A stretch of DNA of 64,000 nucleotides, taken from Octopus sinensis (taxonomy: Eukaryota). The notes beneath the pieces were generated by a model. It did not search any database, was not told the origin of the DNA, and was given only the letters and a program-made list of their open reading frames with translations. A program made the position numbers and the translations under genes. Below, piece after piece: positions 15,981-29,299 of the stretch; within the stretch, counting starts at the first letter, position 1; each line of letters starts with the position of its first letter. Where the stretch lies: NCBI RefSeq assembly GCF_006345805.1, contig NC_043008.1:37076001-37140000 (forward strand), written 5' to 3'.

Positions 15981-18430
15981 CTACACCAACACTGGAGTAT
16001 AAATCCCTTGTGTAAGTGATTAAATATAGCTCAGTTGAACTGACAATCTATCGAACATATAAGATTTATTGAAGCTGCCTTACATTTCCAAATCGTAATT
16101 TGTTTGTGACATATTCGGTTACATTATTTTGGTTTAGCTATTTGGTTAAGGTGTTGTAGCTACTCAAATACCTGAACTGAAATTATCATGGAAAACAAAT
16201 TTTCCTTCCAGACATATCATTCAAATCTTTTAACCTCGTTGCTCATGATTCGTTGGTTTATGTTAGATTTGATCGATCCTTATTCTCCTTGACTTCAAAT
16301 GCCAAAGATATTTCGAAGCTGCATATGACCTTATGGTAAAGTAAGGAAGAACATTGAAACCTTGGGTAAAAAATAGGGTTTTGAATTTGATTCCTGCCTG
16401 GAGAAATGTACATATATGTAAGGATAGTAACAAAAAAATAAAAAAACTACACCCCACCCACATCATAACTTCTATTTGCAAGTAAGGTTCTTTGTACATG
16501 ATAGCATGTACAATGCTTTCATAAATGATTTTACAATCCTATATAATGGTGAGTAGGAAGGAACACCCTCTCTTCTCCTCTACTGTTAGCCCAGTGGAAC
16601 TCCAGGATGTAATGGTTGGATGGAGAGAAGATTGTACAAGAACTTGTCTGGGACTAATTTTCAGCTGAGTAGACTGGAGCAAAATAAAGTGAAATGACTT
16701 GCTCAAGAGCACAACCCATCACCTGATCCAGGAATTGAACCTGTGATCATTAGACCTTCATATGAGTCCAACACCCAAGGCACTATGCTTTGTACACATG
16801 AAGATAAGTACTGGTGCAGTATCTTATATAAAATACTATATTTCCTTCCAAATATGGGTGAGAGTTAACATAATGTAAATTTGTGTTATTTCATATATAT
16901 TACTTACATCAGTTTACTTCATGTACACAATGCACAATACTACTACACCAAGCCCCAGAAACAGCTGTAAAGGATTACATGCGTCTTCTTAACTCTTTGG
17001 ATATCTACTTACCTATCTATGAAAAACTGCTGGAAAGACTACATAGATTCTTTCCCCTTCTTTCTGTGATGTTAGAGTATGAACTAACAGGATATCTACC
17101 TTTCTTTGAAAAATTGCGATGAGTTATTACTTTACTGAATTATGTGTTTCTCTACTTAATTATATTTATATTTTCACACACTTCTCTTTAGCTATTCTAT
17201 AAATACTTTGATGCCATTAACAATCTTCGATCTTTTATTTTATTGAACTTTACATATATAATGTAAATTTTCATAATTGATCAGGAACAACACCTGAAAC
17301 TTAGGAAAATCAAAAAGTCACAACTAAAAATACTTGTGACAAAAATCAATCAGTAATCACAGCTCTGTCATCAGATCATTACATAGCTGTCATTAATGAA
17401 AGATAATTATAAATAATTTAACAACAGTTCCAACAATAATTATACATAGGTCAATGGCCAGTGAATAAGTAGGTTCTTACACTGGGTTTAGGAATAAAAG
17501 TTCCTAGTGCAAATCTAGCCTGCTAGATATACATCTAAGAATAAGACAAACAACTTGAAAAACAGTATACATTTAAATATTGTATTATGTATTTTTCCAA
17601 TGCTACTCTGTACCACAGAAAATATTAACAGATTTTAGCCAACCCTGAATGTAAAATCATGTGGAAACACCTTGTCTTTTTGCAAAAATACATTGTGAAT
17701 AAAAAAAAATGGGATTCAATCCAGCACTGGGATTTCATCAATAACTGAGTACCCTCTTTGGTTGTCCTATAGTCAATGACAATACTCTGTCATATTGAGT
17801 CACACTTCATCAAACCTCATCATAATAGGTTTATAAACAGTGTCTAACTGTTTAATTATACATTACTTAACACTAAAGTCATAAGTAAAACCTCACAGAC
17901 TGATTTTCTTATGTAACAAATAGCCCAAGATGTGTTATACATGCAAATCAGTCTATTGTATTTTCTTAAGCTATTAGAAAAAATGGTTTTATAAACAGCA
18001 TCTTCACGGACAGCTAAAAAAGGGGAGTAATTGATTTCTGATGAAATCCCCGAACAGTGATTAAAATTAGTCTCACTCATCTCACTATTTTGTGTGCACA
18101 AATGATAGAGAATGTAAAGACAATGTGTTTACATTTGGTTATACATTTCAGTGTTGGCTAACATCACTCTCTCTTCTCTCACTATATATATATATGTGTG
18201 TGTAGAAAGTAGAAAAGTAACACACAAGTTGATATGTATAAGGAAAATAAGACAAGGTAGAAAATGCTAAAGTAATTTTATCATCAAGTAGATTTTAGTA
18301 CCGGTTCCTGCCTTTTAGACTTCTTCAACTAAGAGTAAAATAAAACAAACAATTAAATTGGAGAAAAAAATTAAGTGAAATGCTTTGTAGATATTTCCAT
18401 AGTCTTTAAATAGGTAAATATTTCCATAAT

Positions 18431-18554
18431 CTTCAGATAGTCTGTCTCTCTCTCTATTACTTTGTGAATGCCTCGTAGGTGGGTTTGCTACTACCCACCT
18501 ACAAGGCATTCACAAAGGAATAGAGAGGGAGAGAGAGAGAGAGACTATCTGAAG
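18431..18554. other. Long near-perfect palindrome/hairpin
   Basis: Paired blocks cttcagatagtct/agactatctgaag, ctctctatt/aatagagag, ctttgtgaatgcct/aggcattcacaaag, gtaggtgggt/acccacctac around an 8-nt loop. Confidence 0.95.
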
Positions 18555-19170
18555 ACATCCAGTCAACATAAAGGTATGATCCCTAGTGATGGCGAAGTTA
18601 TACCTCCATTCATCTTCTCACATGGCCTCACACTCAACACGGAGGCTTCATCAAGTGCCTGGAGGAGGTAATGCTGCCCTGGGTCAAGAAGGTGGCTGCT
18701 GGAAGACCCTATGTCTAGCAACAGGACTCTGCACCATGCCATACAAGCAGAAGAACTCAGTCATAGCTGTTAGGCATTTCCTACCACTACATCACCCCTA
18801 ACATTTGGCCACCTAATTCCTCAGACTGCAAACTTCTTGACTATTATGTGTGGGGTACAGTTGAGTGAGAGACCAACAAAACTCCTTGTAACACCAAAAA
18901 AAAAAAAAAATGAACTGAAGGCAAGGATTATAGCAGCCTTCCCCAACTTAAACAAGGAGACCATTCAGAAAAGTTGCAGGAGATTCTGAAGTCGTCTGGA
19001 GACCGTGATGGAAGCCAATAGCAATTTTATTGAATATATTTACTCTTTAGTATTTCATAATATTTTTCTGTAGTTTTGTAGTTTTGGTAAATACATCTGT
19101 TAAAATGAGATTTCAGTGTTATTTTCATTTTTGCGCAATTTAGAAGACAATATATTCACTGCATCCTGTA
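18555..19170 (+). mobile_element. maT (DD37D) Tc1/mariner transposase C-terminal relic with right TIR
   Basis: Translation SDGEVIPPFIF..IKCLEEVMLPWVKKVAAGRPYV*QQDSAPCHTS..WPPNSSDCKLLDYYVWG with exactly 37 residues between the 2nd and 3rd catalytic D; ends in cactgcatcctg-TA. Confidence 0.9.
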
Positions 19171-19183
19171 TATATATATATAT

Positions 19184-19216
<33 letters not shown>

Positions 19217-19388
19217 AAATATAAATTAGAGGTAAAACCACTATTATGCAACTCAAATTTATATATACTGTGAAATTTGATTTAATACTAAATTGAATTT
19301 TCCCCTGTAAGTTTTGAGTTATACTCCCTAATATATTATTAAATATATATATGTATATATATGTGTATATATATATTATATATATATC

Positions 19389-19489
<101 letters not shown>

Positions 19490-19490
19490 A

Positions 19491-19650
19491 CATCATCATC
19501 ATCACATTTAGCATCTGTTGTCCATGCTGGCATGGGTTGGACTGTTTGACCAAGGCTGGCAAGCTGAAAGGCTGCATCAAACTACCAGCCCAGTCAAACC
19601 TTCCAGCCCATGCCAGCATGGACAATGAACGTTGAATGATGATGATGATA
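19491..19650. repeat. Fold-back of two oppositely oriented RTE 3' tails
   Basis: catcat..ttgtccatgctggcatgggttgga..gtttgac pairs with gtcaaac..tccagcccatgccagcatggacaa..atgatg. Confidence 0.9.
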
Positions 19651-19659
19651 ATGATGATG

Positions 19660-20035
19660 ATGATATAGCAGCTGCTTTCTTGTATAGGAGAAAAGCCATT
19701 GCTAGAAAGAATCATTGAAATGAGTCATTGATGACGCAGTGTAAAGTCCTTGGATGACTCTTGAACTTGGCTAAAGATTTGCATATTCTCTCGCACAATG
19801 CACAGCTGTGCTGGCTGGAAGAGGGAACAGGTGCTGCAGTATGAACCCTTTTGACATGTCTTTTCAGTCCTCCAACTGAAAGGTACTCCTCTTTACAGGT
19901 TGCACATGTTCTGTTGTGAATAATAGCCATATCACAACTCCTGTGAGTTCTCTGATGGCTGACCAGGCCTACACAACTCACGCATTTCCTCCCACAAATC
20001 ATGCACATAAATAGCAACACTCCCTCATTTTCCAC
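19660..20035 (-). mobile_element. 3' end of an RTE-like LINE encoding three C2H2 zinc fingers (ORF 20035-19712)
   Basis: CMICGRKCVSCVGLVSHQRTH, CATCKEEYLSVGGLKRHVKRVH, CALCERICKSLAKFKSHPRTLH. The CxxCGRxCxSxxGLxSH pattern is typical of RTE ORF C-termini; followed by a short UTR and (ATC)n tail; no TGEKP linkers. Confidence 0.7.
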
Positions 20036-20069
20036 GTAAAAACATACACATATATCTGAGACCCCCTTC

Positions 20070-20395
20070 AGTCATGACTGACCATTGGATTGCACCCAGA
20101 AATTTACCCTCCCAGGCACAAGTCCGATGTAAGGTTGTTTATGGAAGACCAGCAGTCGCCCATGCATACCGGCCTCCCCTCTCCATGCCACCAGTGTTAT
20201 CCAAGGGAAAGGCAAAGGCTGATACAGCTTGGCACCTGTGAGGTTGCAACTCATTTCTACAGCTGAGTGAACTGGAGCAACATGAAATAAAGGGTCTTGC
20301 TCAAGAACACAACATGCAGCCCAGTCTGGGATTCGAACTCACAACCTCACAACTGTAAGCTTGACACTCTAACCACTGAACTATGCACCTTCACA
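20070..20395 (-). mobile_element. tRNA-derived SINE (family C variant)
   Basis: Reverse tRNA-like head (ggattcgaactcacaacc..taaccactga) and ttgctcaagaacacaac body. Confidence 0.85.
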
Positions 20396-20443
20396 CGCAT
20401 ATATATATATGCACATATATATACATATACATATATATATATA

Positions 20444-20652
20444 TCTTTTACTCTTTTACTTGTTTCAGGCATTTGACTGCGGCCATGCTGGAGCACCGCC
20501 TTTAATCGAGCAACTCGACCCCGGGACTTATTCTTTTGTAAGCCCAGTACTTATTCTATCGGTCTCTTTTGCCGAACCTCTAAGTAACGGTGACATAAAC
20601 ACACCAGCATCAGTTGTCAAGCAATGCTAGGGGGACAAACACAGACACACAA

Positions 20653-20687
<35 letters not shown>

Positions 20688-20850
20688 CATATATACGACG
20701 GGCTTCTTTCAGTTTCCGTCTACCAAATCCACTCACAAGGCTTTGGTCGGCCCGAAGCTATAGTAGAAGACACTTGCCCAAGGTGCCACACAGTGGGACT
20801 GAACCCGGAACCATGTGGTTGGTAAACAAGCTACTTACCACACAGCCGTG
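20444..20850 (-). mobile_element. tRNA-derived SINE (family A)
   Basis: Reverse of ggctgtgtggtaagtagcttg..ggttcagtcccact..ccttgggcaagtgtc..(TA/CA)n..gactgaaacaagtaaaagag; matches many other copies here. Confidence 0.95.
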
Positions 20851-21267
20851 CATATAATGATACAAATTGAATGGTAGTTTTTTTGAATGCAGAATTGCCA
20901 TTCGGCCATGGATGCTTGCTGACAAATTTTTTCGTTTTGTATGGCTAATTTACCCAGTAAATTGCTCTTCTTACTGTAATTCTGTGTTAAAAAAAATAAA
21001 CAGAAATCATTAAATTTGTATCATTCTATACACATTTTGATGCTATTAAAAAACAAATGTTTGTTGATATTTACACATGTAGATATATACACATATCTTT
21101 ATATATATATATATACATATGTATAGTGATAGTGTGTTGGAGAATGCTAAAGCAAGCATGGTTTTAGTTATCATGTAGTGCTAGGATAAATATAAAAGTT
21201 AATTTCCTTTTATATATATAATATATAACATACGTATATATGTATATCTACCTCTCTCCCAACATAT

Positions 21268-21653
21268 TGGAAGCACTCCGTCGGTTACGACGACGAGGGT
21301 TCCGGTTGATCCGAATCAGCGGAACAGCTTGCTTGTGAAATTAACGTGTAAGTGGCTGAGCACTCAACAGACACGTGTACCCTTAATGTAGTTCTCGGGG
21401 ATATTCAGCATGACACAGAGTGTGACAAGGCTGGCCCTTTGAAATACAGGTACAACAGAAACAGGAAGTAAGAGTGAGAGAAAGTTGAGGTGAAAGAGTA
21501 CAGCAGGGATCACCACCATCCCCTGCCGGAGCCTCGTGGAGCTTTAGGTGTTTTCGCTCAATAAACACTCACAACGCCCGGTCTGGGAATCGAAACCGCG
21601 ATCCTATGACCGCGAGTCTGCTGCCCTAACCGCTGGGGATATTGCGCCTCCAC
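21268..21653 (-). mobile_element. tRNA-derived SINE (family C), near full length
   Basis: Closely matches the reverse complement of 33734-34117; A/B-box-like head at 21580-21653. Confidence 0.95.
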
Positions 21654-22077
21654 ATATATATATATAGGTGCATGTGCATACATATTATATGCATATATTA
21701 TAACGATTACAATGTATTTATGTACAATTTATCCAATAGAATTTACAAGCCAACACAAAAAGATTACTAAAACAGGGAAAGGAAAGTTAAATGTAAATGC
21801 CTTACACATATATATATATATTGAAATATTTTGGTTAGCATGCATAACACACACACATGCACGCACTTGCACACACACACACACATACACATACACACAC
21901 ATGCACATAAACAAATGCATGAATACACATAGCACTCATATACTTTTCAATATTTGAATGGATAGCCTGTTGCCTCTTCTCTCTGAAATGAAATACATGC
22001 ACATGCTCATATATATATATGTATATATGTATATATAGATATAGATATATATGCACGCGCATACATACTTACACACA

Positions 22078-22118
<41 letters not shown>

Positions 22119-22125
22119 GTATATT

Positions 22126-22773
22126 TATATGTTTGTGTGTCTGTGTTTGTCCCCCCAACATTGCCTGACAACCGATGCTGGTGTGTTTACATCATCATAA
22201 TCTAGCAGTTCAGCAAAAGAGACTGATAGAATAAGTACTAAGCTTACAAAGAATAAGTCCTGGTGTCGATTTGCTTGGACTAAAGACAGTGCTCCAGCAT
22301 GGCCACAGTCAAACGACTGAAACAAATAAAAGAATATATATATATATATATATATATTCTCTTTCACTCTCTTACTTGTTTCAGTCATTTGACTGCGGCC
22401 ATGCTGGAGCACTGCCTTTAGTCGAAGACATTGAACCCAGGACTTATTCTTTGTAAGCCTAGTACTTATTCTAGCGGTCTCTTTTGCCAAACTGCTAAGT
22501 TACGGGGATGTAAACACACCAACATCAGTTGTCAAGCGATGTTGGGGAGGCAAACACAGACACACACACATATACACATACACATACACATACATATATA
22601 TACATATATACGACAGGCTTCTTTCAGTTTCTCTCTACCAGATCCACTCACAAGGCTTTGGTTGGCCTGTGGCTATAGTAGAAGACACTTACCCAAGGTG
22701 CCACACAGTGGGACTGAACCCGGAACCATGTGGTTGGTAAGCAAGCTAATTACCAGACAGCCACTCCTGCACC
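22126..22773. mobile_element. Two family-A SINEs tail-to-tail (22126-22333 +, 22357-22773 -)
   Basis: 3' half of a plus copy, a (TA)n spacer, then a full minus copy. Confidence 0.92.
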
Positions 22774-23349
22774 TATATATATAAATGTACATACGTATAC
22801 ATATTTATATTTTCATATATATATGTTTGTATACGTATATAATTGTACATATTAAAATACACTATATTTACTTGACAGTCTACAACTATTGCTCAAGTTT
22901 TACTAACCACCTATCTTTACTAATATTCATCCAAACAATAGGTCATTGAAAAACTATCTTTAGATTTTATTTCAAGAGGGACGTTTGCCAAGAAATCTTT
23001 TTCTTGGAATATTTCCAACACTTTCTATTTAGGATTTTTTATTTTTATTTTTTCCTTATCAAAATTGTGTCTAAAATTTCAAATAAAAATTCAGAGTGTC
23101 TCTGTAAAAATCACATTAATTTTATTTACATTTCTTTTCTTTTTACTGATATATATATATATATATATAATATATATATATGTATGTATGATATATATAT
23201 ATACACACACAATATATACACATATAGACACATATATATATACATATACATATATATATATATATATACATATATATGTATGTATATATATATATATTAT
23301 ATATATATATATATATTATGTATATATATATATATATATTATATATATA

Positions 23350-23387
<38 letters not shown>

Positions 23388-23589
23388 TTATGTATATGTA
23401 TATGTGTGTGTGCCAGCATGGTTGAGTGGTTAAGAAGCTTGCTTGGCAAAAATGTGGTTTCAGGTTCAGTCCCACAGTATGATACATTGTCTTCTACTAT
23501 TGACCCAGATTAATCAATCTTTTGTCAATGAATTTGTATTAGGAAACTGTGAGCAAGTTCTCTGTGTATGTGTGCATATATATATATAT

Positions 23590-23626
<37 letters not shown>

Positions 23627-23679
23627 GATAGATAGATAGATACATACATACATACATACATAGATATATGCATAAAGGA

Positions 23680-24062
23680 GTACAGGTTACTAACTGTGGA
23701 GGGAACCTTGTTGAAGAGGTAGACTCAGGAAAACATGGGACAAGCTGGTGAAGCATGACCTTTGAATGTGAGGTCCCATGGTGGCAATGACAAGTGATTG
23801 TGACCTTTGGTGCTTTGCTGGGCTTGAGAAGACTTGTCAAGTGAAGTGAATCATAATTGTACATAACAACATCCATGCCAGTGATATGTAAAAAGCATCT
23901 GTTACACTCTTGGAGCAGTTGGCATTGGGAAGAGCATTCAGCTGTAGAAACTAAGCCAAAGTCAGACTGGATCCTGTTGCAGATCTCTGGCTTGCTAGTT
24001 CCAGTCAACTGTCTAACCTGTGCCAGTATGGAAGGCAGATGTTAAATGATGATGTTGATGAT
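23680..24062 (+). mobile_element. Decayed RTE 3'UTR/tail fragment
   Basis: ttggcattgggaagagcattcagctgtagaaac block and (GAT)n tail. Confidence 0.75.
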
Positions 24063-24256
24063 GAGATGAATGCTGCAGTTTTGTGTCTTTTGATAGTATA
24101 TCCACATTAAGTAAGATATACAGAATGCTATTCTTAACCAATACTGTTTTTGTTTCTTATATTGAATATATAAGATTGTATACATAAATGCCCCAGCATG
24201 GCCGCAGCCTTCGGGCTAAAACATTTTAAAGGATTTAAGGATATGCATGTGTGTGT

Positions 24257-24300
<44 letters not shown>

Positions 24301-24723
24301 CTGCATGTGCATATGTGTATCTTTGTGTCTCTGTTTGTCCAACTTACCACTACTTGACAACTGGTGTTGGTTTGTTTACATCCTTGTACCTTAGTGGTTC
24401 AACAAAAGAGCCCAATAGAATAATTAAGAGGCTTTCAAAATTAAGTTCCAGCGTTGATTTGTTTGACTAAATCCTTCGACGTGGTGTTCCTGCTGTTCAA
24501 TGGTTAAAACAAATTAAAGATGACAGATTGACAATTGGAAACAGACTATTGGCGGAGAAGCTATTTGGCAATCTGCCTTTGTATTATGAGTTCAAACCTT
24601 ATGCTGCTGCTCTTGCAAATATCTTATTCTTCATCTTCATCCTTGTAACCTTTTGTTTAGGTCTCTATTTATCATACTATCAAGGGTTTGAAGAGACCTA
24701 TTGAGGTAATATTCTTGAGACAA

Positions 24724-25122
24724 AAGGCAGCAAACTGGCAGAAATGTTAGCACACCGGGCGAAATGCATAGCTGTATTTCATTTGCCGTTACCTTCTGAG
24801 TTCAAATTCTGCCTAGGTTGACTTTGTCTTTCATCCCTTCGGGGTCGCTAAATAAAGTACCAGTTACGCACTGGGGTCGATGTAATCGACTTAATCCCTT
24901 TGTCTGTCCTTGTTTGTCCCTTCTGTGTTTAGTCCCTTGTGGGTAGTAAAGAAATAGGTATTTTGTCTGTCCTTATGTTCTGAGTTCAAATTCTTCCATG
25001 GTCGACTTTGCCTTTCATCCTTTTGTGGTTAATAAATTAAGTACCAGTTGCATACTGAGGTCGATCTAATTGACTGGTTCTCTCCCCCAAAATTATGGGC
25101 CTTGTGCCTAGAGGAGAAAAGA
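24724..25122 (+). mobile_element. Family-B SINE with internally duplicated module
   Basis: ttctgagttcaaattc..gactttg.ctttcatcc occurs twice; flanks aatattctt(g/t)agacaaaa form a TSD. Confidence 0.9.
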
Positions 25123-25179
25123 ATATTCTTTAGACAAAAAAACGGTCTAAAAACCTGGAATTTAAAGGACTCTGTAAGT

Positions 25180-25375
25180 CATCTAACATGTTCAATGCAT
25201 GATTAAGGATGTTCCTGGGAAATCAACGTGAGCCTTTGCCAAAGAAGTTCAGATGTCAGAGTGGACTATCAAAACTGTGATTCATGAGGACATTTGGCAC
25301 AAATTGTATGCACAGAGGAGAAGTCAGTTTATGTCAGCAAAAACCCTAGGTAACCATTTGATCTATGCCAAGCAG
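25180..25375 (+). mobile_element. maT-type transposase internal fragment (DNA-binding/linker)
   Basis: Translates HVQCMIKDVPGKST*AFAKEVQMSEWTIKTVIHEDIWHKLYAQRRSQFMSAKTLGNHLIYAK. Confidence 0.7.
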
Positions 25376-25418
25376 TAACTTTACATTCGGCCATCTACAC
25401 ACACATGTGCACGCACAC

Positions 25419-25474
<56 letters not shown>

Positions 25475-25519
25475 ACACATACACAGGCTCATACACTCTT
25501 TATATATTTATAGATTGAT

Positions 25520-25928
25520 GCATACTTTTCCTTCATTGGACACTAAAATCTGCTTGCGAAGACCTGTTGAGGCAAGTGAAATTGAAATCAAATTCAATGA
25601 CTGGCATCCATGCTAGTGGAGCACTAAGAGCACCATCCAAGTGTGATCGTTACCAGTGCTGCTGGACTGGCTCCTGTGCAGGTGGCACATAAAAAACAGC
25701 ATTTGTGCATGGCCATTGCCAGCATTGCTTGATTGGCCCTCATGCCAATGGCACATAAAAACACCCACTACACTCTCGGAGTGGTTGGCGTTAGGAAGGG
25801 CATCCAGCTGTAGAAACTCTGCCAGATCAAGATTGGAGCCTGGTGCAGCCATCTGGTTCACCAGTTCTCAGTCAAATCGTTCAACCCATGCTAGCATGGA
25901 AAACAGATGTTAAACGACGATGATGATA
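25520..25928 (+). mobile_element. RTE 3'UTR/tail fragment
   Basis: cacccactacactctcggagtggttggcgttaggaagggcatccagctgtagaaac and (GAT)n tail. Confidence 0.88.
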
Positions 25929-26391
25929 TAGATATATGCATGTATATATATTTTTGTGTGTATGTGTGTGTGTGTGTGCGCGCGTGTGTGTTTCTCTTTG
26001 TCTTGATGACATCTAATAGTTGTAAACAAGTGTCTCTGTTATGCAATCAGTTCCTTTATTGCCAATTTTCTGTAAAAATGTATCTGATGATATTAGTGTG
26101 AATTCTAACAGATTCTAGATAATTGATGGCTGAAAAGTTGGTGCTGTACCTTTGTATATAAATGTGAGTGTGTATGTGTGTGTGTGTGCACACATATGTG
26201 TGTGAGTGTTTGTGTGTGCGCATGTGCATATGTGTGTGTGTGTAAGCATTTGCGTTTACTTTTCTTGAAAGTTCCTAATAGTTATTATTAATGTTACTGT
26301 CATACAAAATCAATGTCATTCATTTCTAATATTTTGCAAAAAACATGCCTGACCACGGGAAATAAATACTACTTTGCTAAGAAGCAGGTGA

Positions 26392-26596
26392 GGGCGAGCT
26401 GGCAGAAACATCAGAATGTCTGCCGCTATGTTCTGAGTTCAAATCCGTCAAGGTCAACTTAGCCTTTCATCCTTTCGGGGTCGATTAAATAAGTACCAGT
26501 TTTGCACTGAGGTCGATGTAATTGACTTAATCCCTTTGTCTGTGCTTGTTTGTTCTCTCTACGTTTAGCCCCTTGTGGGCAGTAAAGAAATAAGAA
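26392..26596 (+). mobile_element. Family-B SINE inserted in an older tail element
   Basis: ggcgagctggcagaa head, cctttcatcctttcggggtcgat body; taagaag(c/t)aggtgaggg duplicated on both sides. Confidence 0.85.
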
Positions 26597-27063
26597 GTAG
26601 GTGAGGGTTAACAACAGGAAGGGCATCTGGCTGTAGAAAATCTGACTCAACAAATTCTGTCTAACCCATGCAGGCATGACAAAGTAGACGTTAAAATTAT
26701 GATGATGAGCAATGATGAAGGCAGGAAAATTGAAATGAATCCCGAATAGCATATGGACAATACTAGTCATTTTATCATTATAGAATTTGAACTTAGAACA
26801 CTAACGAACAAAGCTAAATATAAACTGTAATGCATCTTATCAAGTGCACTATCATTTATCATTATCGTCATCGTCTTTGTATACATATGTATATATATAT
26901 ATATGGTGTGTGTGTGTGTGTATATATATGCGTGTATATATATATATATTTATACATACACACATGCACACATATATTATTAAGATTAAAATAAAAGTTA
27001 TCCCCTCAAAAAAGTCATCTCTACTCATTCTTTCAAATATATATATACATATATATGTATGTA

Positions 27064-27102
<39 letters not shown>

Positions 27103-28484
27103 CACACATATATATACATATTTGTATACACACACACACATATATATGATATATATCAGTCATCATACTTTACTGTATGTTTTAAAGGATGATGATGATG
27201 GTGATAATATGATATATATATACATTCATCATCATCATCACCACCATCATCATCATCATCGTCATCGTCATCATCATCATCATCATCGTTTAATGTCTGC
27301 CTTCCATGCTGGCATGGGTGAAACTATTCATATATGTGTATATGTGTGTGTGTATATGTATATATATATATATGTGTGTGTGTGTGTATTTATATATATA
27401 TACATATATATGTATATGTATGTATGCATGTATGTATATCTTTCAAAATATTTTAAACTAAGATTTATCAGCTTGTCCAGGACATTATTATTATTACAAA
27501 GTATATTCATCCAGTTTTAATAAATGGGTAAAAAGAGCTATTTTGAAATCCATTTAAAATTCTCCTATAGAATACAATAAACAATGGTAACAAAACAACA
27601 ACAACAACAATATCAACGGCAAGAACTACAGCAGCAACAACAACAACAACTACATGAACAAGAAAAGAATTGATATCTTGACTATTTAGGATGTTATTAC
27701 GGCATCGAAATAACAAAGAAAACGTGTAAAAAGATCAAGAAACAGCAAAGAAACAATAAGCTCTATAATAAGTATAATTAATAATGATAGTGGTGATAGT
27801 GGTGGTGGTGGTGGTAGTGGTGATTAACAATTGTGGTGGGGTGGATATGGTGGGACGAAGTAAATGGTATTATAATTATTTGAATGGGCTGTGACTTGTT
27901 TGTTGTTATTTGCTGTACTGAAACACCCCTTTGAAAAGCAACAATATGAATTTCTCATAGAACAATCCAGTGTATTGTAGTGGTATAATATTAAGTATAT
28001 TGTCATGCTGCATTGCTTCAAAGCATATACATGTGCACACACACATGCACAATATATAATATATATATATATATATTATATATACACATTAACAGACATA
28101 CATATATGTAGTATATATACATACACCGACATATATATATATATACATACACAGACATATATATATATATATATATATATACAAATGCATATATGTATAT
28201 GTATATATATATATGTGTGTGTGTGAGTATACATGTATATATTCCTTGATGTTTATTTGTACATATATATATATATATATATAAATAGATGTAGATATGT
28301 ATAAATATAAATATGTGTGTGCATGTGCCTATGCATGCAAATGCATGTATGAGTGTGTATGTGTGTGTATACGTATTATGTATAACCCTTAAAGTTTATA
28401 TGTATACATGCAAACATATATGTATATATCTTATTGTCTATTCGTGTGGTATGTATATATATATATATATATATATACTCATGC

Positions 28485-28517
<33 letters not shown>

Positions 28518-29299
28518 TGTATGTATGTATGTATGTATGTATGTATGTATGTATGTATGTATGTATGTGTGTGTATGTATGTATGTATGTAGCCATTGTT
28601 ATTTGAAAGAAAATCCAAAATTAATCATACACAATTCTGAATGCATTTAGCTTCATTTTAATCAATTTACTTAACATTATTAATCAACATTAACATAACA
28701 ATATAATATATCTATTCAATTTGGTTGTATTAATGAGCAAAATTGAAAATCTGTATTGAAACAAAACAAAACAAAATAAAGAAATTAAAAAAAAAAAAGG
28801 TAGCACAACAGAATAGAGAGAAAAATAGCAAAAATTGTATCCCTGGAGTTGAAAGTTGTATGTTTACTCAATAAATGTTGCAGTAAATTTCCTGATAGCA
28901 TTAAGAAAGGATAGAGCATGCCAGGGGGAAAAGAATTTGTTAGGATGATGGTGGTGGAGTAGGAGGTGGTTATATTTGAGGCCTTGTGTTTTTTTTAATG
29001 TTTGTTGTTGTTGTTATGCCAGAAATAATGACAAGCTTTGTGTAATAATTAAAAAACAACAAATAAATTTAATAAAAAAGAGAAAACAACAAATGAAGTA
29101 TATATAATGATGCTATTTATATATATATATGAGTGTATGTGTGAGTATGTGTGTGTGAAAAAAATATATGTATGTATGTATAATCTATATACATTTATGC
29201 ATTTATATATTTATATAATTGTTAAAGAGGACAACAAACGTTAAGGCAAGGCAAACATCTCAAGTCGTATGCATTATTATTATTGGAAAAAAATTCAAG

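Noticed and set aside
16212-16335. Possible internal coding exon (ISFKSFNLVAHDSLVYVRFDRSLF..)
   Set aside because: Acceptor and one open frame exist, but the donor is weak, no homology is recognised and no partner exons were found.
18030-18075. Hammerhead-like ctgatga-aatc..gatt-aaaa-ttagtc
   Set aside because: GAAA is mutated and stem I does not form.
23004-23631. YI/IY-rich ORFs here and in other (TA)n tracts
   Set aside because: (TA)n and (CA)n dinucleotide artefacts.
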